A stretch of 64,000 nucleotides of DNA from assembly GCA_964016885.1 (NCBI GenBank), contig OZ024759.1, forward strand, positions 5,890,001 to 5,954,000, given 5' to 3'. Every line of letters begins with the position of its first letter. Within the stretch, counting starts at the first letter, position 1. Made by a program: the position numbers and the translations under genes. The notes below the pieces were generated by a model that saw only the letters and a list, made by a program, of their open reading frames with translations, was not told where the DNA came from and ran no database searches. Below, one piece after another: positions 52,850 to 64,000 of this stretch. This DNA comes from Eledone cirrhosa (Eukaryota).

Positions 52850-54450
52850 CTCCACTGTTGGTGAGAATTCATTTAAGTTCATGGTACTAGCTGTCAGAAG
52901 TAACCCCAATGTTGGTGAGAATTCATTTAAGTTCATGGTATTAGCTGTCAGAAGTCACTCAAATGTTGGTGAGAATTCATTTAAGTTCATGGTATTAGCT
53001 GTCAGAAGAAACTCCACTGTTGGTGAGAATTCATTTAAGTTCATGGTATTAGCTGTCAGAAGGAACTCCAATGTTGGTGAGAATTCATTTAAGTCATGGT
53101 ACTAGCTGTCAGAAGTAACTCCACTGTTGGTGAGAATTCATTTAAGTTCATTTTATTAGCTGTCAGAAGGAACTCCATTGTTGGTGAGAATTCATTTAAG
53201 TCATGGTACTAGCTGTCAGAAGTAACTCCACTGTTGGTGAGAATTCATTTAAGTTCATGGTATTAGCTGTCAGAAGGAACTCCACTGTTGGTGAGAATTC
53301 AGTTAAGTTCATGGTACTAGCTGTCAGAAGTAACTCCACTGTTGGTGAGAATTCAGTTAAGTTCATGGTATTAGTTTGTCAGAAGTAACTCCACTGTTGG
53401 TGAGAATTCATTTAAGTCATGGTATTAGTTGTCAGAAGTAACTCCAATGTTGGTGAGAATTCATTTAAGTCATGGTACTAGCTGTCAGAAGTAACTCCAA
53501 TGTTGGTGAGAATTCATTTAAGTTCATGGTATTAGCTGTCAGAAGGAACTCCACTGTTGGTGAGAATTCATTTAAGTTCATGGTATTAGCTGTCAGAAGT
53601 CACTCAAATGTTGGTGAGAATTCATTTAAGTTCATGGTATTAGCTGTCAGAAGTAACTCCACTGTTGGTGAGAATTCATTTAAGTCATGGTATTAGTTGT
53701 CAGAAGTAACTCCAATGTGAGAATTCATTTAAGTTCATGGTATTAGCTGTCAGAAGTCACTCCACTGTTGGTGAGAATTCATTTAAGTTCATGGTACTAG
53801 CTGTCAGAAGTAACCCCAATGTTGGTGAGAATTCATTTAAGTTCATGGTATTAGCTGTCAGAAGTCACTCAAATGTTGGTGAGAATTCATTTAAGTTCAT
53901 GGTATTAGCTGTCAGAAGAAACTCCACTGTTGGTGAGAATTCATTTAAGTTCATGGTATTAGCTGTCAGAAGGAACTCCAATGTTGGTGAGAATTCATTT
54001 AAGTCATGGTACTAGCTGTCAGAAGTAACTCCACTGTTGGTGAGAATTCATTTAAGTTCATTTTATTAGCTGTCAGAAGGAACTCCATTGTTGGTGAGAA
54101 TTCATTTAAGTCATGGTACTAGCTGTCAGAAGTAACTCCACTGTTGGTGAGAATTCATTTAAGTTCATGGTATTAGCTGTCAGAAGGAACTCCACTGTTG
54201 GTGAGAATTCAGTTAAGTTCATGGTACTAGCTGTCAGAAGTAACTCCACTGTTGGTGAGAATTCAGTTAAGTTCATGGTATTAGTTTGTCAGAAGTAACT
54301 CCACTGTTGGTGAGAATTCATTTAAGTCATGGTATTAGTTGTCAGAAGTAACTCCAATGTTGGTGAGAATTCATTTAAGTCATGGTACTAGCTGTCAGAA
54401 GTAACTCCAATGTTGGTGAGAATTCATTTAAGTTCATGGTATTAGCTGTC
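52850..54450. repeat. 910-bp (17-monomer) tandem duplication
   Basis: TAACCCCAAT at 52901/53811. ORF pairs 53203/54113 and 53472/54382 are offset by 910. Confidence 0.85.
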
Positions 54451-54939
54451 AGAAGTCACTCAAATGTTGGTGAGAATTCATTTAAGTTCATGGTATTAGC
54501 TGTCAGAAGTAACTCCACTGTTGGTGAGAATTCATTTAAGTTCATGGTATTAGCTGTCAGAAGTAACTCCACTGTTGGTGAGAATTCATTTAAGTTCATG
54601 GTATTAGCTGTCAGAAGTAACTCCACTGTTGGTGAGAATTCATTTAAGTTCATGGTACTAGCTGTCAGAAGTAACTCCACTGTTGGTGAGAATTCATTTA
54701 AGTTCATGGTATTAGCTGTCAGAAGGAACTCCACTGTTGGTGAGAATTCATTTAAGTTCATGGTACTAGCTGTCAGAAGTAACTCCACTGTTGGTGAGAA
54801 TTCATTTAAGTTCATGGTATTAGTTTGTCAGAAGTAACTCCACTGTTGGTGAGAATTCATTTAAGTCATGGTATTAGTTGTCAGAAGTAACTCCAATGTG
54901 AGAATTCATTTAAGTTCATGGTATTAGTTTGTCAGAAGT

Positions 54940-57900
54940 AACTCCACTGTTGGTGAGAATTCATTTAAGTCATGGTATTAGCTGTCAGAAGTAACTCCAA
55001 TGTTGGTGAGAATTCATTTAAGTTCATGGTATTAGCTGTCAGAAGTAACTCCACTGTTGGTGAGAATTCATTTAAGTTCATGGTATTAGCTGTCAGATGT
55101 AACTCCACTGTTGGTGAGAATTCATTTAAGTTCATGGTACTAGCTGTCAGAAGTAACTCCACTGTTCGTGAGAATTCATTTAAGTCATGGTATTAGTTGT
55201 CAAAGGTAACTCCAATGTTGGTGAGAATTCATTTAAGTTCATGGTACTAGCTGTCAGAAGTAACTCCACTGTTGGTGAGAATTCATTTAAGTTCATGGTA
55301 TTAGCTGTCAGAAGGAACTCCACTGTTGGTGAGAATTCATTTAAGTTCATGGTACTAGCTGTCAGAAGTAACTCCACTGTTGGTGAGAATTCATTTAAGT
55401 TCATGGTATTAGTTTGTCAGAAGTAACTCCACTGTTGGTGAGAATTCATTTAAGTCATGGTATTAGTTGTCAGAAGTAACTCCAATGTTGGTGAGAATTC
55501 ATTTAAGTCATGGTACTAGCTGTCAGAAGTAACTCCAATGTTGGTGAGAATTCATTTAAGTTCATGGTATTAGCTGTCAGAAGGAACTCCACTGTTGGTG
55601 AGAATTCATTTAAGTTCATGGTATTAGCTGTCAGAAGTAACTCCACTGTTGGTGAGAATTCATTTAAGTTCATGGTATTAGCTGTCAGAAGTAACTCCAC
55701 TGTTGGTGAGAATTCATTTACGTTCATGGTATTAGTTTGTCAGAAGTAACTCCACTGTTGGTGAGAATTCATTTATTCATGGTATTAGCTGTCAGAAGTA
55801 ACTCCACTGTTGGTGAGAATTCATTTAAGTCATGGTATTAGCTGTCAGAAGTAACTCCACTGTTGGTGAGAATTCATTTAAGTTCATGGTACTAGCTGTC
55901 AGAAGTAACTCCACTGTTGGTGAGAATTCATTTAAGTTCATGGTATTAGCTGTCAGAAGTCACTCCAATGTTGGTGAGAATTCATTTAAGTTCATGGTAT
56001 TAGCTGTCAGAAGTCACTCCACTGTTGGTGAGAATTCATTTAAGTTCATGGTACTAGCTGTCAGAAGTAACCCCAATGTTGGTGAGAATTCATTTAAGTT
56101 CATGGTATTAGCTGTCAGAAGTCACTCAAATGTTGGTGAGAATTCATTTAAGTTCATGGTATTAGCTGTCAGAAGAAACTCCACTGTTGGTGAGAATTCA
56201 TTTAAGTTCATGGTATTAACTGTCAGAAGGAACTCCAATGTTGGTGAGAATTCATTTAAGTCATGGTACTAGCTGTCAGAAGTAACTCCACTGTTGGTGA
56301 GAATTCATTTAAGTTCATTTTATTAGCTGTCAGAAGGAACTCCATTGTTGGTGAGAATTCATTTAAGTCATGGTACTAGCTGTCAGAAGTAACTCCACTG
56401 TTGGTGAGAATTCATTTAAGTTCATGGTATTAGCTGTCAGAAGGAACTCCACTGTTGGTGAGAATTCAGTTAAGTTCATGGTACTAGCTGTCAGAAGTAA
56501 CTCCACTGTTGGTGAGAATTCAGTTAAGTTCATGGTATTAGTTTGTCAGAAGTAACTCCACTGTTGGTGAGAATTCATTTAAGTCATGGTATTAGTTGTC
56601 AGAAGTAACTCCAATGTTGGTGAGAATTCATTTAAGTCATGGTACTAGCTGTCAGAAGTAACTCCAATGTTGGTGAGAATTCATTTAAGTTCATGGTATT
56701 AGCTGTCAGAAGGAACTCCACTGTTGGTGAGAATTCATTTAAGTTCATGGTATTAGCTGTCAGAAGTAACTCCACTGTTGGTGAGAATTCATTTAAGTTC
56801 ATGGTACTAGCTGTCAGAAGTAACTCCACTGTTGGTGAGAATTCATTTAAGTTCATGGTATTAGCTGTCAGAAGTAACTCCACTGTTGGTGAGAATTCAT
56901 TTAAGTCATGGTATGAGCTGTCAGAAGTAACTCCAATGTTGGTGAGAATTCATTTAAGTTCATGGTATTAGCTGTCAGAAGTAACTCCACTGTTGGTGAG
57001 AATTCACTTAAGTTCATGGTATTAGCTGTCAGAAGTAACTCCACTGTTGGTGAGAATTCATTTAAGTTCATGGTACTAGCTGTCAGAAGTAACTCCACTG
57101 TTGGTGAGAATTCATTTAAGTTCATGGTATTAGTTTGTCAGAAGTAACTCCACTGTTGGTGAGAATTCATTTAAGTCATGGTATTAGTTGTCAGAAGTAA
57201 CTCCAATGTTGGTGAGAATTCATTTAAGTTCATGGTACTAGCTGTCAGAAGTAACTCCAATGTTGGTGAGAATTCATTTAAGTTCATGGTATTAGCTGTC
57301 AGAAGTAACTCCACTGTTGGTGAGAATTCATTTAAGTCATGGTATTAGCTGTCAGAAGTAACTCCAATGTTGGTGAGAATTCATTTAAGTTCATGGTATT
57401 AGCTGTCAGATGTAACTCCACTGTTGGTGAGAATTCATTTAGGTTCATGGTACTAGCTGTCAGAAGTAACTCCACTGTTCGTGAGAATTCATTTAAGTCA
57501 TGGTATTAGTTGTCAAAGGTAACTCCAATGTTGGTGAGAATTCATTTAAGTTCATGGTACTAGCTGTCAGAAGTAACTCCACTGTTGGTGAGAATTCATT
57601 TAAGTTCATGGTATTAGCTGTCAGAAGTAACTCCACTGTTGGTGAGAATTCATTTAAGTCATGGTATTAGTTGTCAGAAGTAACTCCAATGTTGGTGAGA
57701 ATTCATTTAAGTTCATGGTACTAGCTGTCAGAAGTAACTCCAATGTTGGTGAGAATTCATTTAAGTTCATGGTATTAGCTGTCAGAAGTAACTCCACTGT
57801 TGGTGAGAATTCATTTAAGTCATGGTATTAGCTGTCAGAAGTAACTCCAATGTTGGTGAGAATTCATTTAAGTTCATGGTATTAGCTGTCAGAAGTAACT

Positions 57901-60900
57901 CCACTGTTGGTGAGAATTCATTTAAGTTCATGGTATTAGCTGTCAGATGTAACTCCACTGTTGGTGAGAATTCATTTAAGTTCATGGTACTAGCTGTCAG
58001 AAGTAACTCCACTGTTCGTGAGAATTCATTTAAGTCATGGTATTAGTTGTCAAAGGTAACTCCAATGTTGGTGAGAATTCATTTAAGTTCATGGTACTAG
58101 CTGTCAGAAGTAACTCCACTGTTGGTGAGAATTCATTTAAGTTCATGGTATTAGCTGTCAGAAGGAACTCCACTGTTGGTGAGAATTCATTTAAGTTCAT
58201 GGTACTAGCTGTCAGAAGTAACTCCACTGTTGGTGAGAATTCATTTAAGTTCATGGTATTAGTTTGTCAGAAGTAACTCCACTGTTGGTGAGAATTCATT
58301 TAAGTCATGGTATTAGTTGTCAGAAGTAACTCCAATGTTGGTGAGAATTCATTTAAGTCATGGTACTAGCTGTCAGAAGTAACTCCAATGTTGGTGAGAA
58401 TTCATTTAAGTTCATGGTATTAGCTGTCAGAAGGAACTCCACTGTTGGTGAGAATTCATTTAAGTTCATGGTATTAGCTGTCAGAAGTAACTCCACTGTT
58501 GGTGAGAATTCATTTAAGTTCATGGTACTAGCTGTCGGAAGTAACTCCAATGTTGGTGAGAATTCATTTAAGTTCATGGTATTAGCTGTCAGAAGTAACT
58601 CCACTGTTGGTGAGAATTCATTTAAGTCATGGTATTAGCTCTCAGAAGTAACTCCAATGTTGGTGAGAATTCATTTAAGTTCATGGTATTAGCTGTCAGA
58701 AGTAACTCCACTGTTGGTGAGAATTCATTTACGTTCATGGTATTAGTTTGTCAGAAGTAACTCCACTGTTGGTGAGAATTCATTTATTCATGGTATTAGC
58801 TGTCAGAAGTAACTCCACTGTTGGTGAGAATTCATTTAAGTCATGGTATTAGCTGTCAGAAGTAACTCCACTGTTGGTGAGAATTCATTTAAGTTCATGG
58901 TACTAGCTGTCAGAAGTAACTCCACTGTTGGTGAGAATTCATTTAAGTTCATGGTATTAGCTGTCAGAAGTCATTCCAATGTTGGTGAGAATTCATTTAA
59001 GTTCATGGTATTAGCTGTCAGAAGTCACTCCACTGTTGGTGAGAATTCATTTAAGTTCATGGTACTAGCTGTCAGAAGTAACCCCAATGTTGGTGAGAAT
59101 TCATTTAAGTTCATGGTATTAGCTGTCAGAAGTCACTCAAATGTTGGTGAGAATTCATTTAAGTTCATGGTATTAGCTGTCAGAAGAAACTCCACTGTTG
59201 GTGAGAATTCATTTAAGTTCATGGTATTAACTGTCAGAAGGAACTCCAATGTTGGTGAGAATTCATTTAAGTCATGGTACTAGCTGTCAGAAGTAACTCC
59301 ACTGTTGGTGAGAATTCATTTAAGTTCATTTTATTAGCTGTCAGAAGGAACTCCATTGTTGGTGAGAATTCATTTAAGTCATGGTACTAGCTGTCAGAAG
59401 TAACTCCACTGTTGGTGAGAATTCATTTAAGTTCATGGTATTAGCTGTCAGAAGGAACTCCACTGTTGGTGAGAATTCAGTTAAGTTCATGGTACTAGCT
59501 GTCAGAAGTAACTCCACTGTTGGTGAGAATTCAGTTAAGTTCATGGTATTAGTTTGTCAGAAGTAACTCCACTGTTGGTGAGAATTCATTTAAGTCATGG
59601 TATTAGTTGTCAGAAGTAACTCCAATGTTGGTGAGAATTCATTTAAGTCATGGTACTAGCTGTCAGAAGTAACTCCAATGTTGGTGAGAATTCATTTAAG
59701 TTCATGGTATTAGCTGTCAGAAGGAACTCCACTGTTGGTGAGAATTCATTTAAGTTCATGGTATTAGCTGTCAGAAGTAACTCCACTGTTGGTGAGAATT
59801 CATTTAAGTTCATGGTACTAGCTGTCAGAAGTAACTCCACTGTTGGTGAGAATTCATTTAAGTTCATGGTATTAGCTGTCAGAAGTAACTCCACTGTTGG
59901 TGAGAATTCATTTAAGTCATGGTATGAGCTGTCAGAAGTAACTCCAATGTTGGTGAGAATTCATTTAAGTTCATGGTATTAGCTGTCAGAAGTAACTCCA
60001 CTGTTGGTGAGAATTCACTTAAGTTCATGGTATTAGCTGTCAGAAGTAACTCCACTGTTGGTGAGAATTCATTTAAGTTCATGGTACTAGCTGTCAGAAG
60101 TAACTCCACTGTTGGTGAGAATTCATTTAAGTTCATGGTATTAGTTTGTCAGAAGTAACTCCACTGTTGGTGAGAATTCATTTAAGTCATGGTATTAGTT
60201 GTCAGAAGTAACTCCAATGTTGGTGAGAATTCATTTAAGTTCATGGTACTAGCTGTCAGAAGTAACTCCAATGTTGGTGAGAATTCATTTAAGTTCATGG
60301 TATTAGCTGTCAGAAGTAACTCCACTGTTGGTGAGAATTCATTTAAGTCATGGTATTAGCTGTCAGAAGTAACTCCAATGTTGGTGAGAATTCATTTAAG
60401 TTCATGGTATTAGCTGTCAGATGTAACTCCACTGTTGGTGAGAATTCATTTAGGTTCATGGTACTAGCTGTCAGAAGTAACTCCACTGTTCGTGAGAATT
60501 CATTTAAGTCATGGTATTAGTTGTCAAAGGTAACTCCAATGTTGGTGAGAATTCATTTAAGTTCATGGTACTAGCTGTCAGAAGTAACTCCACTGTTGGT
60601 GAGAATTCATTTAAGTTCATGGTATTAGCTGTCAGAAGTAACTCCACTGTTGGTGAGAATTCATTTAAGTCATGGTATTAGTTGTCAGAAGTAACTCCAA
60701 TGTTGGTGAGAATTCATTTAAGTTCATGGTACTAGCTGTCAGAAGTAACTCCAATGTTGGTGAGAATTCATTTAAGTTCATGGTATTAGCTGTCAGAAGT
60801 AACTCCACTGTTGGTGAGAATTCATTTAAGTCATGGTATTAGCTGTCAGAAGTAACTCCAATGTTGGTGAGAATTCATTTAAGTTCATGGTATTAGCTGT

Positions 60901-61220
60901 CAGAAGTAACTCCACTGTTGGTGAGAATTCATTTAAGTTCATGGTATTAGCTGTCAGATGTAACTCCACTGTTGGTGAGAATTCATTTAAGTTCATGGTA
61001 CTAGCTGTCAGAAGTAACTCCACTGTTCGTGAGAATTCATTTAAGTCATGGTATTAGTTGTCAAAGGTAACTCCAATGTTGGTGAGAATTCATTTAAGTT
61101 CATGGTACTAGCTGTCAGAAGTAACTCCACTGTTGGTGAGAATTCATTTAAGTTCATGGTATTAGCTGTCAGAAGTAACTCCACTGTTGGTGAGAATTCA
61201 TTTAAGTCATGGTATTAGCT
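54940..61220. repeat. Higher-order repeat with period 3011 bp (56 monomers), or 2850 bp across a 161-bp indel
   Basis: ORF pairs 54965/57815 and 55503/58353 (2850); 55832/58843, 56632/59643 and 57815/60826 (3011). Markers: TTAACTGTC, TATGAG, TTAGGTTC. Confidence 0.9.
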
Positions 61221-61544
61221 GTCAGAAGTAACTCCAATGTTGGTGAGAATTCATTTAAGTCATGGTACTAGCTGTCAGAAGTAACTCCAATGTTGGTGAG
61301 AATTCATTTAAGTTCATGGTATTAGCTGTCAGAAGTAACTCCACTGTTGGTGAGAATTCATTTAAGTTCATGGTATTAGCTGTCAGAAGTAACTCCACTG
61401 TTGGTGAGAATTCATTTAAGTCATGGTATTAGTTGTCAGAAGTAACTCCAATGTTGGTGAGAATTCATTTAAGTTCATGGTACTAGCTGTCAGAAGTAAC
61501 TCCACTGTTGGTGAGAATTCATTTAAGTTCATGGTATTATTTGT

Positions 61545-63135
61545 CAGAAGTAACTCCACTGTTGGTGAGAATTCATTTAAGTCATGGTATTAGTTGTCAG
61601 AAGTAACTCCAATGTGAGAATTCATTTAAGTTCATGGTACTAGCTGTCAGAAGTAACTCCACTGTTGGTGAGAATTCATTTAAGTTCATGGTATTAGCTG
61701 TCAGAAGTAACTCCACTGTTGGTGAGAATTCATTTAAGTCATGGTATTAGCTGTCAGAATTAACTCCATTGTTGGTGAGAATTCATTTAAGTCATGGTAC
61801 TAGCTGTCAGAAGTAACTCCACTGTTGGTGAGAATTCATTTAAGTTCATGGTATTAGCTGTCAGAAGGAACTCCACTGTTGGTGAGAATTCATTTAAGTT
61901 CATGGTACTAGCTGTCAGAAGTAACTCCACTGTTGGTGAGAATTCATTTAAGTTCATGGTATTAGTTTGTCAGAAGTAACACCACTGTTGGTGAGAATTC
62001 ATTTAAGTCATGGTATTAGTTGTCAGAAGTAACTCCAATGTTGGTGAGAATTCATTTAAGTTCATGTTATTAGCTGTCAGAAGTAACTCCACTGTTGGTG
62101 AGAATTCATTTAAGTTCATGGTATTAGCTGTCAGAAGTAACTCCACTGTTGGTGAGAATTCATTTAAGTTCATGGTATTAGTTTGTCAGAAGTAACTCCA
62201 CTGTTGGTGAGAATTCATTTAAGTCATGGTATTAGCTGTCAGAAGTAACTCCACTGTTGGTGAGAATTCATTTAAGTTCATGGTACTAGCTGTCAGAAGT
62301 AACTCCACTGTTCGTGAGAATTCATTTAAGTCATGGTATTAGTTGTCAAAAGTAACTCCAATGTTGGTGAGAATTCATTTAAGTTCATGGTACTAGCTGT
62401 CAGAAGTAACTCCACTGTTGGTGAGAATTCATTTAAGTTCATGGTATTAGCTGTCAGAAGTAACTCCACTGTTGGTGAGAATTCATTTAAGTCATGGTAT
62501 TAGCTGTCAGAAGTAACTCCAATGTTGGTGAGAATTCATTTAAGTCATGGTACTAGCTGTCAGAAGTAACTCCAATGTTGGTGAGAATTCATTTAAGTTC
62601 ATGGTATTAGCTGTCAGAAGGAACTCCACTGTTGGTGAGAATTCATTTAAGTTCATGGTATTAGCTGTCAGAAGTAACTCCACTGTTGGTGAGAATTCAT
62701 TTAAGTCATGGTATTAGCTGTCAGAAGTAACTCCAATGTTGGTGAGAATTCATTTAAGTTCATGGTACTAGCTGTCAGAAGTAACTCCACTGTTGGTGAG
62801 AATTCATTTAAGTTCATGGTATTAGTTGTCAGAAGTAACTCCACTGTTGGTGAGAATTCATTTAAGTCATGGTATTAGTTGTCAGAAGTAACTCCAATGT
62901 TGGTGAGAATTCATTTAAGTTCATGGTATTAGCTGTCAGAAGTAACTCCACTGTTCGTGAGAATTCATTTAAGTTCATGGTATTAGCTGTCAGAAGTAAC
63001 TCCACTGTTGGTGAGAATTCATTTAAGTTCATGGTACTAGCTGTCAGAAGTAACTCCACTGTTCGTGAGAATTCATTTAAGGCATGGTATTAGTTGTCAG
63101 AAGTAACTCCAATGTTGGTGAGAATTCATTTAAGT
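61545..63135. repeat. Long-range copy (offset 10956 bp) of the block at about 50590-52180
   Basis: ORF pairs 50838/61794, 51054/62010 and 51906/62862. Rare markers TAACACCACT (51021/61977), AAGGCATGG (52123/63079) and GAATTAACTCCATT. Confidence 0.9.
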
Positions 63136-64000
63136 TCATGGTATTAGCTGTCAGAAGTAACTCCACTGTTGGTGAGAATTCATTTAAGTCATGGTATTAG
63201 CTGTCAGAAGTAACTCCAATGTTGGTGAGAATTCATTTAAGTTCATGGTATTAGCTGTCAGAAGGAACTCCACTGTTGGTGAGAATTCATTTAAGTTCAT
63301 GGTATTAGCTGTCAGAAGTAACTCCGCTGTTGGTGAGAATTCATTTAAGTTCATAGTACTAGCTGTCAGAAGTAACTCCACTGTTGGTGAGAATTCATTT
63401 AAGTCATGGTATTAGTTGTCAGAAGTAACTCCAATGTTGGTGAGAATTCATTTAAGTTCATGGTATTAGCTGTCAGAAGTAACTCCACTGTTGGTGAGAA
63501 TTCATTTAAGTTCATGGTATTAGCTGTCAGAAGTAACTCCACTGTTGGTGAGAATTCATTTAAGTTCATGGTATTAGCTGTCAGAAGTAACTCCACTGTT
63601 GGTGAGAATTCATTTAAGTTCATGGTACTAGCTGTCAGAAGTAACTCCACTGTTCGTGAGAATTCATTTAAGTCATGGTATTAGTTGTCAGAAGTAACTC
63701 CAATGTTGGTGAGAATTCATTTAAGTTCATGGTACTAGCTGTCAGAAGTAACTCCACTGTTGGTGAGAATTCATTTAAGTTCATGGTATTAGCTGTCAGA
63801 AGTAACTCCACTGTTGGTGAGAATTCATTTAAGTTCATGGTATTAGCTGTCAGAAGTAACTCCACTGTTGGTGAGAATTCATTTAAGTCATGGTATTAGC
63901 TGTCAGAAGTAACTCCAATGTTGGTGAGAATTCATTTAAGTCATGGTACTAGCTGTCAGAAGTAACTCCAATGTTGGTGAGAATTCATTTAAGTTCATGG

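Larger units (their letters stand above)
1..64000. repeat. Satellite array of a 54-bp monomer (53-bp and rarer ~50-bp length variants), about 1,190 copies in a single orientation, running off both window ends
   Basis: The unit GGTGAGAATTCATTTAAGTTCATGGTATTAGCTGTCAGAAGTAACTCCACTGTT recurs continuously with usually 0-3 differences per copy. Mean unit length is about 53.8 bp (e.g. 2689 bp per 50 units). Confidence 0.99.

Noticed and set aside
56639-56971. Stop read-through variant TATGAG opening a second frame (SWYELSEVTPMLVRIHLSSWY), suggesting programmed frameshift or phase variation
   Set aside because: A single substitution extends the frame by only one monomer and was simply copied with the HOR. 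There is no gene context.
122-63865. Minus-strand ORFs encoding (MNLNEFSPTVELLLTANT)n, with NEFSP loosely resembling the cadherin DxNE/DxxPxF linker
   Set aside because: Same repeat artefact. A 5-residue resemblance without a ~110-aa cadherin domain is not meaningful.
129-63899. Plus-strand ORFs encoding (MVLAVRSNSTVGENSFKF)n
   Set aside because: The 54-bp unit is a multiple of 3 and lacks a stop in this frame. ORFs are broken by frameshifting indels every few units, have no unique N- or C-terminal domain, and common variants are often non-synonymous.
1-64000. CRISPR array or array of non-coding RNA/recombination cassettes
   Set aside because: There are no unique spacers or cassettes between repeats, the entire unit is repeated, and no cas, integrase, recombinase or reverse transcriptase gene is present in the window.
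1-64000. Synthetic concatemer or rolling-circle artefact (EcoRI site in every unit)
   Set aside because: Hierarchically shared variants, nested duplications and position-dependent sub-families indicate evolutionary history, not ligation or amplification of one template. Individual near-perfect duplications still need read validation.
1-64000. Telomeric repeat, CENP-B box, tRNA/5S-derived unit or strand inversion
   Set aside because: No TTAGGG-type short repeat, no TTCG....A..CGGG motif, no recognisable pol III boxes or cloverleaf, and no reverse-complement monomer was seen.

Overview
The whole 64-kb window is one uninterrupted head-to-tail tandem array of a 54-bp monomer (consensus GGTGAGAATTCATTTAAGTTCATGGTATTAGCTGTCAGAAGTAACTCCACTGTT, 20/54 GC, one EcoRI site per unit, roughly 1,190 copies). 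By eye I found no unique sequence, inversion, mobile element, RNA gene or credible protein-coding gene. All ORFs in the track are by-products of a monomer length divisible by 3. This is most likely eukaryotic satellite DNA (inference); I do not recognise the family or the organism. The real structure lies in the order of monomer variants: (i) a small alphabet of tightly linked variants, including a +1/-1 compensating indel pair; (ii) nested higher-order repeats and block duplications of 0.16-4.8 kb, with long-range copies at about 11 and 15 kb; (iii) three successive sub-family domains with private markers; (iv) chimeric monomers that place apparent recombination junctions within 10-20 bp. I see no evidence for a novel protein-based system. 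Offsets were derived by hand from marker positions and the ORF track, so block boundaries are approximate.
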